From assembly GCF_009914755.1 (NCBI RefSeq), contig NC_060930.1: a stretch of DNA of 64,000 nt, one strand, 5' to 3'. Positions 14,046 to 28,662 of the stretch are shown in pieces. Origin of the DNA: the human T2T-CHM13v2.0 reference genome, Homo sapiens. Under the pieces are notes generated by a model that saw nothing but the letters and a program-made list of their open reading frames with translations, searched no databases and was not told the DNA's origin. The position numbers were made by a program, and so were the translations under genes. How positions within the stretch are numbered: position 1 is the stretch's first letter; every line of letters starts with the position of its first letter.

Positions 14046-14948
14046 TTGTTTACATTTGTGACTTTTTTTCCTTTACATATATATAAGAGTCTTATTCCAA
14101 ACTGTGACCCTTCCTCTTACTTTCCCCTAATCTGGTAATCACTTCAAGTATGATTAAAAGCTGAGTTACATGCAAAAAAGTACTGAAAGTACTGAGGAAC
14201 TTGAAATCACGTAATGAAAGAGAATATGACTATCAAATCCAAAAAGATTCATTAACATAATTTCCTCTAAAGTATGTTTAAACAAATAAACAGATGAAAA
14301 GTTCAATTTAAAAAGCAATCATATGAAATATTTCGTCCCAAATTTGAGAGTAGACACCAAAATCTCTTCTCAAGAGGAGAGTGATGAGTAGGGGGAGGAA
14401 GGAAGGAACAAGGACAAATTCCTTCTATTTGGTACCTGTGCTTTCTTCCCAAATCCTAGAGAAAATACCAAGTGGTTTCTGACTTCAGAAGCTTGAAATC
14501 TAGAGTGAGAAGCTCATGCAGGCCCATTATGAACATTATCTCTCAAAGGGAATATTGGTAACCATGATAGAGGTAACATAGACCCACATTAATTCAATGT
14601 TGACCATATATACAGGTTTAGGAGTTAAGAAGATGGTTCTTCATATGCAAATTCTCCTAAGGGTAAAGCTTATCATTCCTTCCTGCATCATTTTGACTGA
14701 CTTTCTTCTCATGCTTTCTTTAGTTGGCATTTAGCTGAATCTGTATGTATGTTAATTTTAATATGAGGGAGGAAGAGGGGTTACGCCATACAATTTTATT
14801 GTGCTAATTGTCTAGTGGATGCATTAGCTAGCCAGTGCAAGGGATAATAGAATGAGTATACAACTGCCATAAAGCAATACATGCTTTAATAAAGATAGAG
14901 AAATTTAGCATGTATAAAATATATAGAATGCAAAGAAAATATAATGTG

Positions 14949-15316
14949 TATATTAGTTCATTTTCATACAGTTGTGAAGAAATACCCAAGACTGGGTAAT
15001 TTATAAAGCAAAAGAGGTTTAATGAACTCACAGTTCCATATGGCTAAGGAGGCCTCACAATCTTGGCAGAAGACAAAGAAGGAACAAAGGCATGTCTTAC
15101 ATGGTGACAACAAGAAGTGCCCAGCAAAAAGGGGGGAAAAGCCCATTATAAAACCATGAGATCTCATGAGAACTCACTCACTATCATGAGAAAAGCATAA
15201 CCGTAACCGCCCCCATGATTCAATTATCTCCCATGGGTCCCTCTCATGACATGTAGGGGTTCTGGGAATTACAATTCAAGATGAGATTTGGGTGGGGACA
15301 CAGCCAAACCACATCA
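14949..15316 (-). mobile_element. THE1 (C/D-like) MaLR solo LTR
   Basis: tattagttcattttcatac...gagatttgggtggggacacagccaaaccacatca. Confidence 0.93.
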
Positions 15317-15429
15317 TGTGTTACGGGACACAGACTCAGTGCTTTTGGTGGCCAGTGGAGGGGAGTGATCACATACAAGGTAGGATCAATAAATGTTTGA
15401 CCTCCCAATAGGAGGTGAGACACCAGAGA

Positions 15430-15760
15430 AAAATGATTCATGGTTTGGGCTTTACATAGGAATTCACAGCTGACCACCTTCAGAAAGACTTATTTGGCTA
15501 ACACAGTGTTCTTAAATTTTAAAAATTATATTGCAATATTTTTAAAACAATATTTATATAAACATTTCTGTTTATATATTTTCTTTATAAATGGGAAGAT
15601 CTGTATAGAGTGGTCCTCATGGCCAAGAGCAGGAGTTCATGGGAGGCTGGGGAGAGCTAGAATATTGTGCTCTGTAGATTACCTGGGCCCGGCTCCCCAT
15701 GCCAACTCCATGCATCGAGGCAACCTGTCTGAATCTTGTACACATTTAAAATTAAGGTTT
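15430..15760. mobile_element. Degraded hAT/Charlie-type DNA transposon (MER102-like)
   Basis: tttggctaacacagtgtt...aaatgggaagatctg...ctgggcccggctcccca resembles recalled MER102 sequence. Confidence 0.35.
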
Positions 15761-16599
15761 TCAGTACACATGGTATTATTATTTTAGAATATTTAACGCT
15801 TTTTTTTGCTCTATGCCAAATTGTATAAACTGGGGACATTTTGTGTTAAATACCGTATATGAAACTTATATGTAAATAATAGTAGAAAACCAAAAAAGTT
15901 GAAAGGTTCCAAAGAGTAGATATTATTTAAAGTGAACTTAGAAGAATAGGTAATATTTATAAACCGGGGGAGTGATGAAGAGTAAAGTACTCCAGGTGTA
16001 AGCAAAGAAACAAAGCAAGAATATTTGTTCAATTTTAAAAAACATAAGTTTTCCTGTATATACATGGGGTACATTGGGGAATAGCAGAAATCTGGGGAAT
16101 GACTTTCACATACCTACCTGGCTCTCTACTCGCAGCTGCAATACAATGTTATCATCAACCCTCATTCTTTGCCAGATACATTGCTGAAGCCAGAAGACAT
16201 GATCCAGATGATGGAACAAGGCTGTGAAGTCTATTGGAATCCTGGTGAAAAGTGGTCAGGCTCAAGACTTTCTTTCTCTGATCTTGAGGAGTACCTAGAA
16301 CTTAGCCACCAACTGTCTGGGGGCAAAAATTAGAAACAAGAGTAGTCCCTAGAAACTCTCAAGGGGAAGGGCCAAATAGGCTTTGGAAATCTAACTGGTA
16401 GCACCTAGAGATCTCGGGGGTTTCATAGACAGCCACGGAGGAAGAAGAACAGTAGGCTCAGTAATCTTCACCTCTAAAGCTGCTGGCCATTGCAGCTAAG
16501 AAGCCCAGAATGCAGAGTTCCTTCCTTCAGGGAGTTACACACAGCTAGCTCTCAGAAGTGGACACCACTGACCCTTTACCCTTTCCAGGGTAGGATTGT

Positions 16600-17200
16600 C
16601 ACTGCTGGGAAAAAAAAAAAAAAACTGATCTTGAGCTGCAAGGTAGCCAAGAATGGGCAAAGAAAAATAACACCTCAGGAAATGCATCAGCCAGAGAAGA
16701 AAGAGAAGCAGACCAGATCATGCTGCAACTAGTGGAAAACAATTGCTAAGGAGGAAATTTGTAACTTGGACAAAACACTAATGTTAATTTACAAAGCTTT
16801 GATTATTATAAACAATAACCACAAAAACATTTATGAACACATTTTTTGGGGGACTGAGAAATTATTATCAAATTTAAAAATCTACCAATTGATAACACAC
16901 GATTATATTCTTGAGAAACTAACAATTTGCCTGTAAGACCCAAAAAATAAAAATCTTGCAACACAAAGAAAAAAAAGATAGAAATTATAAGACAGAAGGT
17001 AAGAGAGCTGGAGGAACAAACTGGGAGAGACACAGGCAGATATTAAAAATTCAAAATGGAGGTAAAGTAAAGAACAGAAATTAAGGGCAGGAATTGAGTA
17101 ACAAATTGTGAAAAATCTTATTGGTTGAAAAAATATTTGGGTCCATAGCTTGAAACAAAATGCTCAGAGAAATCATGTTAAAATTTCTGAAGAAACTTTT
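16600..17200 (+). mobile_element. Very old L1M/HAL1 ORF1-like remnant
   Basis: A-rich, Glu/Lys-codon-rich tract (gaaggtaagagagctggaggaacaaac...gaaatcatgttaaaatttctgaag) typical of ancient ORF1. Confidence 0.4.
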
Positions 17201-17299
17201 TATCATCTATTTCTATAATTTAAATAATTCAGGAATCTCCCAATGTATAACCGACAAATTATATTACTATGTATAATTGACTTTAATTATATTATTCTT

Positions 17300-17447
17300 C
17301 TTTGTACACATTTTTTTTTCTACTATGGTTATCTATTTCTGAAAGTGGTTTTAAACTCTTTAATTATACTTTATTTTAAGATCATTTTGCCTATGATAAT
17401 CTTTGCTTCTCATATTTAGCTACCATATTGTTGGTGCACAGAGATTC
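17300..17447 (-). mobile_element. Old L1M fragment (resumes ~19461-19600)
   Basis: tatctatttctgaaagtgg...ctaccatattgttggtgcac, antisense L1M ORF2 pattern continuing after the L1PA insertion. Confidence 0.5.
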
Positions 17448-19460
17448 AAGTTCTGGCCAGGGCAATCAGGCAAGAGAAAGGAATAAAGGGAATTCAGATA
17501 GGAAGAGAAGAAGTCAAATTATCTCTGTTTGCAGATGACATGACTGTATATTTAGAAAACCTCATCATCTCAGCTCAAAATCTCCTTAAGCTGATAAGGA
17601 ACTTCAGCAAAGTCTCAAGATACAACATCAATGTGCAAAAGTCACAAGCATTCCTATACATAAATAATACATAAATAGAGAGCCAAATCATGAGTGAACT
17701 CCCATTCGCAATTGCTACAAAGAGAATTAAATGTCTAGGAATACAACTTACAAGGGACGTGAAGGACCTCTTCAAGGAGAACTACAAACCACTGCTCAAG
17801 GAAATAAGAGAGGACACAAACAAATAGAAAACTATTCCCTGGTCATGGATAGAATCAATATCATGAAAATGGCCATACTACCTGAAGTAATTTATAGATT
17901 CAATGCTATTCCCATCAAGCTACCATTAACCTTCTTCACAGAATTAGAAAAAACTACTTTAAAGCTCATATGGAACCAAAACAGAGCCCACATAGCCAAG
18001 ACAATCCTAAGCAAAAAGAACGAAGCTGGAGGCATCACGCTACCTAACTTCAAACTATATTACAAGGCTACAGTAACCAAAACAGCATGGTACTGGTACC
18101 AAAACAGATATATAGACCAATGGAACAGAACAGAGGCCTCAGAAATAATACCACAGATCTACAACTATCTGATGTCTACAAACCTAACAAAAACAATCAA
18201 TGGGGAAAGGATTCCCTATTTAATAAATGGTGTTGGGGAAACTGGCTAGCCATATGCAGAAAAGTGAAACTGGACACCTTCCTTACACCTTATACAAAAA
18301 TTAACCCAAGATGGATTAAAGACTTAAACCTAAGACATAAAACCATAAAAACCCTAGAAGAAAATCTAGGCAATACCATTCAGGACATAGGCAAAGACTT
18401 CATGACTAAAACACCAAAAGCAATGGCAACAAAAGCCAAAATTAACAAATGGGATCTAATTAAACTAAAGAGTTTCTGCACAGCAAAAGAAACTATCATC
18501 AGAGTGAACAGGCAAACTACAGAATGGGAGAAAATTTTTGCAATCTATCCATCTGACAACGGGCTAATATCCAGAATCTACAAAGAACTTAAACAAATGT
18601 ATAAGAAAAAAAAAACCCCATCAAAAAGTGGGCAAAGAATATGAACAGATACTTCTCAAAAGAAGACAGTTATGCAGCCAACAAACATAAGAAAAACAGC
18701 TCATCATCACTGGTCATTAGAGAAATGCAAATAAAAACCACAATGAGATACCATCTCATGCCACTTTGAATGGCAATCATTAAAAAGTCAGGAAACAACA
18801 GATGCTGGAGAGGATGTGGAGAAATAGGAACACTTTTACACTGTTGTTGGGAGTGTAAATTAGTTCAACCATTGTCGAAGACAGTGTGTAGATTCCTCAA
18901 GGATCTAGAACCAGAAATACCATTTGACTCAGCAATCCCATTACTAGGTATATACCTAAAGGATTATAAATCATTCTACTATAAAGACACATGCATACGT
19001 ATGTTTATTGCTGCACTGTTCACAATAGCAAAGACTTGGAACCAACCCAAATGCCCATCAATGATAGACTGGATAAAGAAAATGTGGCACATATATACCA
19101 TGGAATACAATGCAGCCATAGCAAAGGATGAGTTTATGTCCTTTGCAGGAACATGGATGAAGCTGGAAACCATCATTCTCAGCAAACTAACAAGAACAGA
19201 AAACCAAACACGCGTGTTCTCACTCATAAGTGGGAGTTGAATAATGAGAACACATGGACACAGAAAGGGGAACATCACACGCTGGGGCCTGGGGAGGCCC
19301 CAGTTGGGGGCTAGGGGAGGGATAGCATTAGGAGAAATACCTAACATAGATGACAGGTTGATGGGTGCAATAAAACCACCATCACACATGTATACCTATG
19401 TAACAAACCTGCACGTTCTGCACATGTACCCCAGAACTTGAAGTATAATAATAAAAAAAA
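17448..19460 (+). mobile_element. 5'-truncated L1PA7-like element
   Basis: ORF2 RT/C-terminal peptides (17731-19240), tttgcagatgac (FADD) near 17530, 3'UTR and A-tail at 19441-19460. Confidence 0.95.
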
Positions 19461-19630
19461 TTGTTTTCTTTCGAATGTTACATAGCACTCATCTTTGTCT
19501 TCTTTGGTAATTTTCTCCTTAAATTAATATTAACTGATAATAATACTTGTTCTTTCAAGATTAGCTTTAAAACTATTTGTTGCTTTTGTAAATTAGAAAT
19601 TATAAATAATATTCTAAAAATTTTGATGTT

Positions 19631-19746
19631 GGCTGGGCACGGTAGCTACCACCTGTAATCGCAGCACTTCAGGAAGCTGAGGTGGGAGTATCACTTGAGT
19701 CCAGGGGTTCAACACTAGCCTCAACAACGTGGCAAAACCCCATCTA

Positions 19747-19809
<63 letters not shown>

Positions 19810-19970
19810 CCTAGCTGGGCATGGTGGCGTGTGCCCTAAAGTCCAAGCTACTCAGGAGGCTGAGGTGGAAGGATGGCTTCAGTCCAGAAGGTCAAGACTG
19901 CAGTGAGCCATGATCATACCACTGCACTCCAGCCTGGGTGACAGAATGAGACCCTGTCTCAAATAAATAA
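19631..19970 (+). mobile_element. AluJ with (CA)n-expanded linker
   Basis: ggctgggcacggtagct...; AluJ-type right arm ggaaggatggcttcagtccagaaggtcaagactgcagtgagccatgatc. Confidence 0.93.
19746..19808. repeat. (CA)n microsatellite
   Basis: About 31 CA units with one TA interruption. Confidence 0.98.
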
Positions 19971-20089
19971 GTAAATATGTTAATGTTCACTTAAGTTTTT
20001 ATTTTCTAATTAATTCAAATTGGTAATTAATATTTTCTAAGAAATTATTTTCTGTAGGTTTTATATTGCCTTAGTATTTATAGAAATGT

Positions 20090-20800
<711 letters not shown>

Positions 20801-20819
20801 TTATAATAAAAAAAAATTC

Positions 20820-21140
20820 TGGAAAGGCAAATGAGGTGGGTGCTGGGGGAGTCTGGGAAGGTCTTCTATGAAGGAGAGAGGGAACAAGGAAGATTTGATG
20901 AAAGAGACATTTACTACATTGCAGGTCTAATAAAGTTTGGCAAGGCTGAGAGGGAGTCATCCAGCCAAAATTGCCTGCTAGAGTTCCAATTTTGCAGAAA
21001 TGACCCTGCCATTGTTGTCTTTCCACTTTCAATCACTGGCTAGGTTCATGGGAAGTGTGGCCTTCATGCCAACAGGTGGATGGATTTCAGAGTTCAGCAG
21101 CAAGGGCCACAGGTCAATTAGGCTCCCTGTTATTGGAGGT
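20820..21140. mobile_element. ERVL-class LTR remnant (LTR16/LTR33-like)
   Basis: agccaaaattgcctgctagagtt...gcagaaatgaccctgcc...tcactggct...gtgtggcct resembles recalled ERVL LTR consensus. Confidence 0.5.
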
Positions 21141-22253
21141 CCAAGAGGCATATTTTCATTTTAAGATGATTTCTTTCAGCATGGAAATAATAATGACTGA
21201 ATACATAAGGATTGTATCATTGGTTGCATTATTTTTTTTGAAAGCGGGTAGGGAAAGAGAGAAGAGAGAAAAAAGGCAAAAAAAAAACATACAAAACTAT
21301 GATTTTATTAAAGCACAAAAGATAAAAATATCAATTTGTATAAAATATTCTATTATTTTAAATAACCTGATATTTTAAAATGTGAGTATATTTAACAACA
21401 GGTTTAACACTATGTTAAGATGTCAATTGCTCCCAACTGATCTCTAAATTCAAAACGATCCATATCAAACTACAGCATAGTTTTTTCATGGAAATTAATA
21501 CGCTAATTCCAAAATTCACATGAAAATGCAAAAGACTTAGAATATACAGTGCAATTTTGAATGAGAACAGAGTCGGAGAGCTACCTAACTGCAAAGTCTA
21601 TTGCAAAGATATAATAGTTCAGACAATGTGGTTTGGCATCAAAATAGAGAAAGTGATCAATGGAACAGAATGGAAAGTTCAGTAGTAGACCTACATCATA
21701 GCCAACTAACATTCAACAAAAATCCAAAGGTAATTCAGTGGAAAAAGTATGTATACATGTTGTCTTTTCAAGTGGTGCTGGAAAAATTGCATATCCATAT
21801 ACAAAGGAAATATGCACTTAAGTCATAGATTCTACCACAATGCAAAATAAAACTTAAAATAGATCATAGACCTAAATATGACCTAAAACTACAAAACTTG
21901 TAGAAAAAAACATAGTAGAAAATCATTGTGGCCTTGAGTGAGGCAAATAATTATTAACTATACCACCAAAACAATGACCTATAAAATAAAAAATTAATTA
22001 ATTTGACCTCATCAAAATTAAAACCTCTTTATTTGGGGGAAGAAAACTCTTAAGACAATGAAAATACAAGTAAAAATTGGAAGAAAATAGTTGCAACTCA
22101 TATAACCGGTAAACAGCTTATATCCAGAATATATAAATCTCAAAGCTGAAAAATAAGAAAACAATAAAAAATGGACAAAAAATTTAAGTAGACATATCAC
22201 TGAAGATATAAGGATGGGAAGTAAGCACTTAAAAAGATGTTCAAAATCACTGG

Positions 22254-22999
22254 TGTAGGAGCAGAGAGAAAGCTTCCCTTCTGTCCCTTCTGAAGGTTAG
22301 CTGCAATGATTGACAATCGACAAATTAGTAGAAAAATGTTTACAAATTTATTAACATGCATATGGACACAGAAGTTCTGTAAAAATGAGACTCGAAGAAG
22401 AACCAGATAGTTAAGGCTGAAATACCCTCTTCATAAGCGGGAGGGAACTCAGGGGGCCGTAGGTAATTTTAGAGAGGTAGTACATGATTTTTAGGAGAAA
22501 TAAATGGGCCTAAATAACAAAGACCTGGGACAAAGTTTCTTGGAGCTCCAGAAGAGATGGTGGAGAGGAGATGGCAGGAAGGCAAGGAACAGACCTTCAC
22601 TGTGAACAAAGGTTGTCTTAGGTAGCTAAGTCTCCCAGGCAATCTCTTGGAGCTGACCTCAGAAGAATAGATGAAAAGCTCTTCTGGCCATGGTAACTTT
22701 TCATCTCTTCTCCAGTGGTTTATCTTTTTGAGTTATTTGATGATATTTCACAGGAGAGGGTTTTAGGATAATTGCATGTCCTCTGGAGAGAAATTTCCTT
22801 AGTCAGATAAGAAAATTTCAGAATAAGTTTATCCAGGTGCTTCAGAAAAGAAAGAGAATTAGAGAGAGAAGGGGTTGGGGAAAGGTCAGAGAAAGATGTT
22901 GGTCCTGAGGCTTATTTATGAGGCCTTTTAATTTTCTTTAATTCAAAGCACTCAGCATGCTAAGACACCATATTTTGCAGTGTTTTCTGGGCTCCAACA
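22254..22999 (-). mobile_element. ERV1-class solo LTR (MER39/MER34-like)
   Basis: TG...CA termini, end ...caccatattttgcagtgttttctgggctccaaca; 4-bp TSD ctgg/ctag. Confidence 0.82.
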
Positions 23000-23125
23000 C
23001 TAGTTACTAAAATACAAATTAAAACCATCATGAAATAGCATGTACCCATTAGAATGTCTTTAATAAAAAGACTGACCATCAAAGAGTGTTTATGAGGCTA
23101 TGGAGGAACTGGATTGGAACTCTCA

Positions 23126-24712
<1,587 letters not shown>

Positions 24713-25599
24713 AAAAATGTAAAATAGCACAACAATTTTGGAAAAAACATTTGGAAATCTTCTTTAAAAATTAAACATACATCAACCATATGACCAAGCC
24801 ATTCCACTCCTGTGTATTTAAGGGGAAGATAATGTATATCCATAGAAAAACTTGTATTCAAATGTTCACCGCAACTTATCTGTAATAGTCAAAAATGGAA
24901 TAGAGCCCAAATGTCCATCAACAAGTTACTAGATAAATATATTGTAATATAGCTTTACTACTGTAGACTATTTGACAATAAATGGAATACATTATTGATA
25001 AGTGACACATGAATGAATCTTAAAATAATTATGTGGGGTAAAACAAGTCAGACAGGAAAAGAGTATACACCGTATGATTCCAGTTATATAAAATTATAAG
25101 ATATGCAAACTAATCCAGAGTGACAGAAAACAAGGTAGGCAAGAGAGAGAGATTATAAAAGGATATAAGGAAACTTTTCAGAGCAATGGAGGTAGTCATT
25201 ATCTTGATTGTGGTGATGGTTTCATGGGTGTATATACATGTCAAAAATTTTCAAACCATTCACTTTAAATATGTGCAGTTTATGCCAATTATATATGAAT
25301 AAAATGAGTAAAAGTATATATGATAAAAGAAGTATAGTACAGTTTGTGTAAAATATTATATATATGTGCATGTGAGTATAGAAACATTTAAAAATCATGA
25401 AAGCTAGGTCTATGAAGTTAGTGATTGTCTTAGGTGGAATTCTGGATAATTTTTACCATTTTCCTCATATATTTTATGTATAAATCATTTTCACAGTAAG
25501 CACATACTATTTGTATAGTCACAGTATATCAATTTGCGTTGGGAATAAAAGAGAGTTTTGAGTGATGAAATGTTAAACTATCAAATAATAACTACACTT

Positions 25600-26050
25600 T
25601 ACGCACATCTATTAATGGGGCAGACATTAATTATATATTTACTGTAATTGAATCTGACCTTTAAAATCACTTGATGAAGTGAAATTGTTAACTCCACTTT
25701 TCTAGTGAAAAAGCTGAGCAAATTGCCTAACATAACAATTTGGTACATATTGGATCTAGAATATAAACACACACTTGAATGATTTCGAAGGCTTGTGCTG
25801 TTTTTATTATTTATTATTTTATTCCTTCAGGAAAGTCACTATCATATAATAACAATTAACAATAACATTGCTATTCTCAATAACAAGCATTGTGTGACAT
25901 TTTTCCAATGCTTAAATGTGTTAACTCATCTAATCCTCACAACAACCCTCTGATAAATGCCAAAGTTATTCACATTGTATAGATAAGGAAACCGACTCAA
26001 AGAGGTCTTTTCCACAAATACTCAACTACTAAAACATGAAGCAATATTGT
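25600..26050 (-). mobile_element. Two MIR fragments
   Basis: ttaactcatctaatcctcacaacaaccctctg...atagataaggaaaccgactc; similar weaker core at 25660-25730. Confidence 0.7.
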
Positions 26051-27544
26051 GAACAGCAGAGGCATCCATCTTGTTAGGTTTGAGAGAGGTAGTGAAGAGT
26101 TTAGGGCAGGGACTAACATAATTCAATCTATGCATTGGGAGTATAAATCTTAGGTTGACAGCAGACAGGACAGAGTGAAGAAAGAAGTTGAGACTTTATT
26201 ATCAAGGACACCTTAGGCACTTGCCTTTTACCATGCTCACAACTTGTGAGGAATTCCATCTTACCTCCTATTGCTTTAGGTAGGTTCAGTGGTGGCACTA
26301 CTGATATCACTCTAATAGAAGCCATTTACTGGTTGGTGCTCTCCACACTCTCAAATATTTAGAGATACTTTGATGCAGAAAACAGACAGCAAAGCCTACA
26401 GTCCCCTCAGAGGAAGACTTGATGCCTTACGATTGCTGGTCGCAAGGAAGAGCTGGCCTCTGGGATACGCAGAAAAAGGCACACTGCACTCCTCCTTTTT
26501 GGCTTGGCTGGGGGCATTTATTCCTTAATCGCTGCACACAGTGATGTGTTGATGGAGAAGAGCGAGTGGGTGAGCTTCTTGCCTGAGTCAACTGCAGTGA
26601 CTCAGTGCCGATATGAGTGTTCTTTTTCTCATATCGGCAATGAAAAAGCAAACTCCAAAATGGCAATGTCCATGGTGACATTCGATATGTCCCAAAATCA
26701 GGATTTGAAGCTAGTTGTTCTGATTTAGAGTTCACAAATCATTCCTCTATAACATACACATAAAATAAAGAATAACACATCTATCTTATGAAGTAAAGGG
26801 TCTAACTATAGCCTTTGTTCCATCTGTTTTAAAGATATGTATCAGGTTTTTTTTTTAAGTTCCTACCTACTTTCCATTTTTTCTGATTGGAATTAAAATT
26901 AAACATAGTTCAAGAATAATTTCCATTTGCCTGCATGTGGGAAAAAGGTGAATTAATTTTTTACAGCTTTAAGAGTGTATGGAGAGCAATAGGCATTCTG
27001 GGCAGAGAGAAGACGCACAAAGGTTTTGGCTCCCTCTGTTTATGAGGATGCAGGGACTCCATTAGACCATGCTGTGATCTGGATGCAAATATTGGACAAT
27101 TCTTGTATGACAGGGATTTTTCTGAACACAGAGTTTGCAGCAGCAAGTAAGATAGATGTAGTCTGTACCACAGAACTTAAGCTCTAATGAGGGCTTCAGA
27201 AAATAAATAATTTCAGAACATGACAAGTTTAATTAAAAAAAAAAAATGCACAGAAGGACAGAGTGTAACCAGGGTGAATGTTTTCAAGTGTTTGGTCAAT
27301 GGGCACTGTAAGAATCAATGCCGGGGGTAGCTGAACAGCGATGAAGCCAAGAACTTGAGACACAAAAGGCATTTTCCCTGTTTCCAGGACAGCTGGATGT
27401 GTTTGGGCCAAATAATTTTGTTCTGATTCATTTGAAGATTCACTGGTCTATAAATACAAGCCTACAATGTGACAATAGGATGTTCCTAACTGCATCAGTA
27501 CCAGGAAGCATGAATTAGTACAGTGATCCAATAACTTCTTGTAC

Positions 27545-28662
27545 CTTCTCAGTCATTCAAATCTTGATCTCTTAAACAGTTACCACTCAGGCAGATCCAG
27601 TTTTCTGGCTTTAAACACCATCGACACAATGATGATTACACATTTTATCTTCAACTACACCTCTCCACTCAGCGTACTCATAGACATCTCAAATTTATTA
27701 CAACCAAAATTGAGATGCTGATATTATTCTGTTTCCCTAAATCTGTTCTTGTTGGTCTTCCTTCTAAGTAAATGTAAACTCTGTGATTTTGGTAACTCAG
27801 GCAAAAACCAACTGGACCTCATTTTGACTTCTTACTTTCTCTAACATCCTATATCCAACCCATTAATCAGTATTTCCATTTAACTATAAAAATATAAACC
27901 AGGATCTGACATCTTCACCTTCTCACCAGCTCTACTGCTACCCTTTGGCCATAACTGTGCAGATCACTGCTATAGCCCTACCTGTTCTTAATGCATCCCT
28001 CTCTGCCCCTACTGTAGTTTTTTCTTAACACAACAACCAGAATGCCCCTATTGACACGTGGGCTAGCGCTTATTATAACTCCTCTACTCAGAACCTCTTA
28101 TGAGTTCCCAGCTCACTCTGAGTAAAGCCCAAACTCCTTGCTACACCTACAAAACCTAAGGAAAGTCTTCTTTCCCCTCTGTCCTCATTTCTTTTATAAC
28201 TTCATCTTCTACTACTTTATGGTATTCACTAGGCTGATCCTGAGGGCTACTTAAACCCACCAGGCAGCCTTTTCATTCAGGGTTTCCTGACATGTGCTCT
28301 CCCTAGATATGCCCATGGCCTGTTCCTCATTAACCTTTGGGTCTTTGCTTGGTAATCAACTTTTTCAAAGGCCTTCCTTGACCACGTATCTAAAATTTGT
28401 CTCCCTCAATGTTTCATATTCCTCTTATCTGCTTTATTGTTCCCCATTTCATTTCTAACAATCTAATGTAGTTTATGTTTTACTTACTCATTTAGCTTTC
28501 AACACATCTACCCCAATAGAGTGAAAGCTCCATGAGAACTAACATATTTTTAACATATTTTTCCCTTTTGGTCACTGTTTTATGCAAAGTTCTTTAAATG
28601 GTGCCAGGTATATAATAGCTGCTTAACAAATATTTGTTATATAAATGAATAATTGAATGAAT
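27545..28662 (+). mobile_element. L2a-like LINE 3' part
   Basis: ggctttaaacaccatc...ctcaggcaaaaacc...gtgccaggtatataatagctgcttaacaaatatttgttatataaatgaat L2 terminus. Confidence 0.85.
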
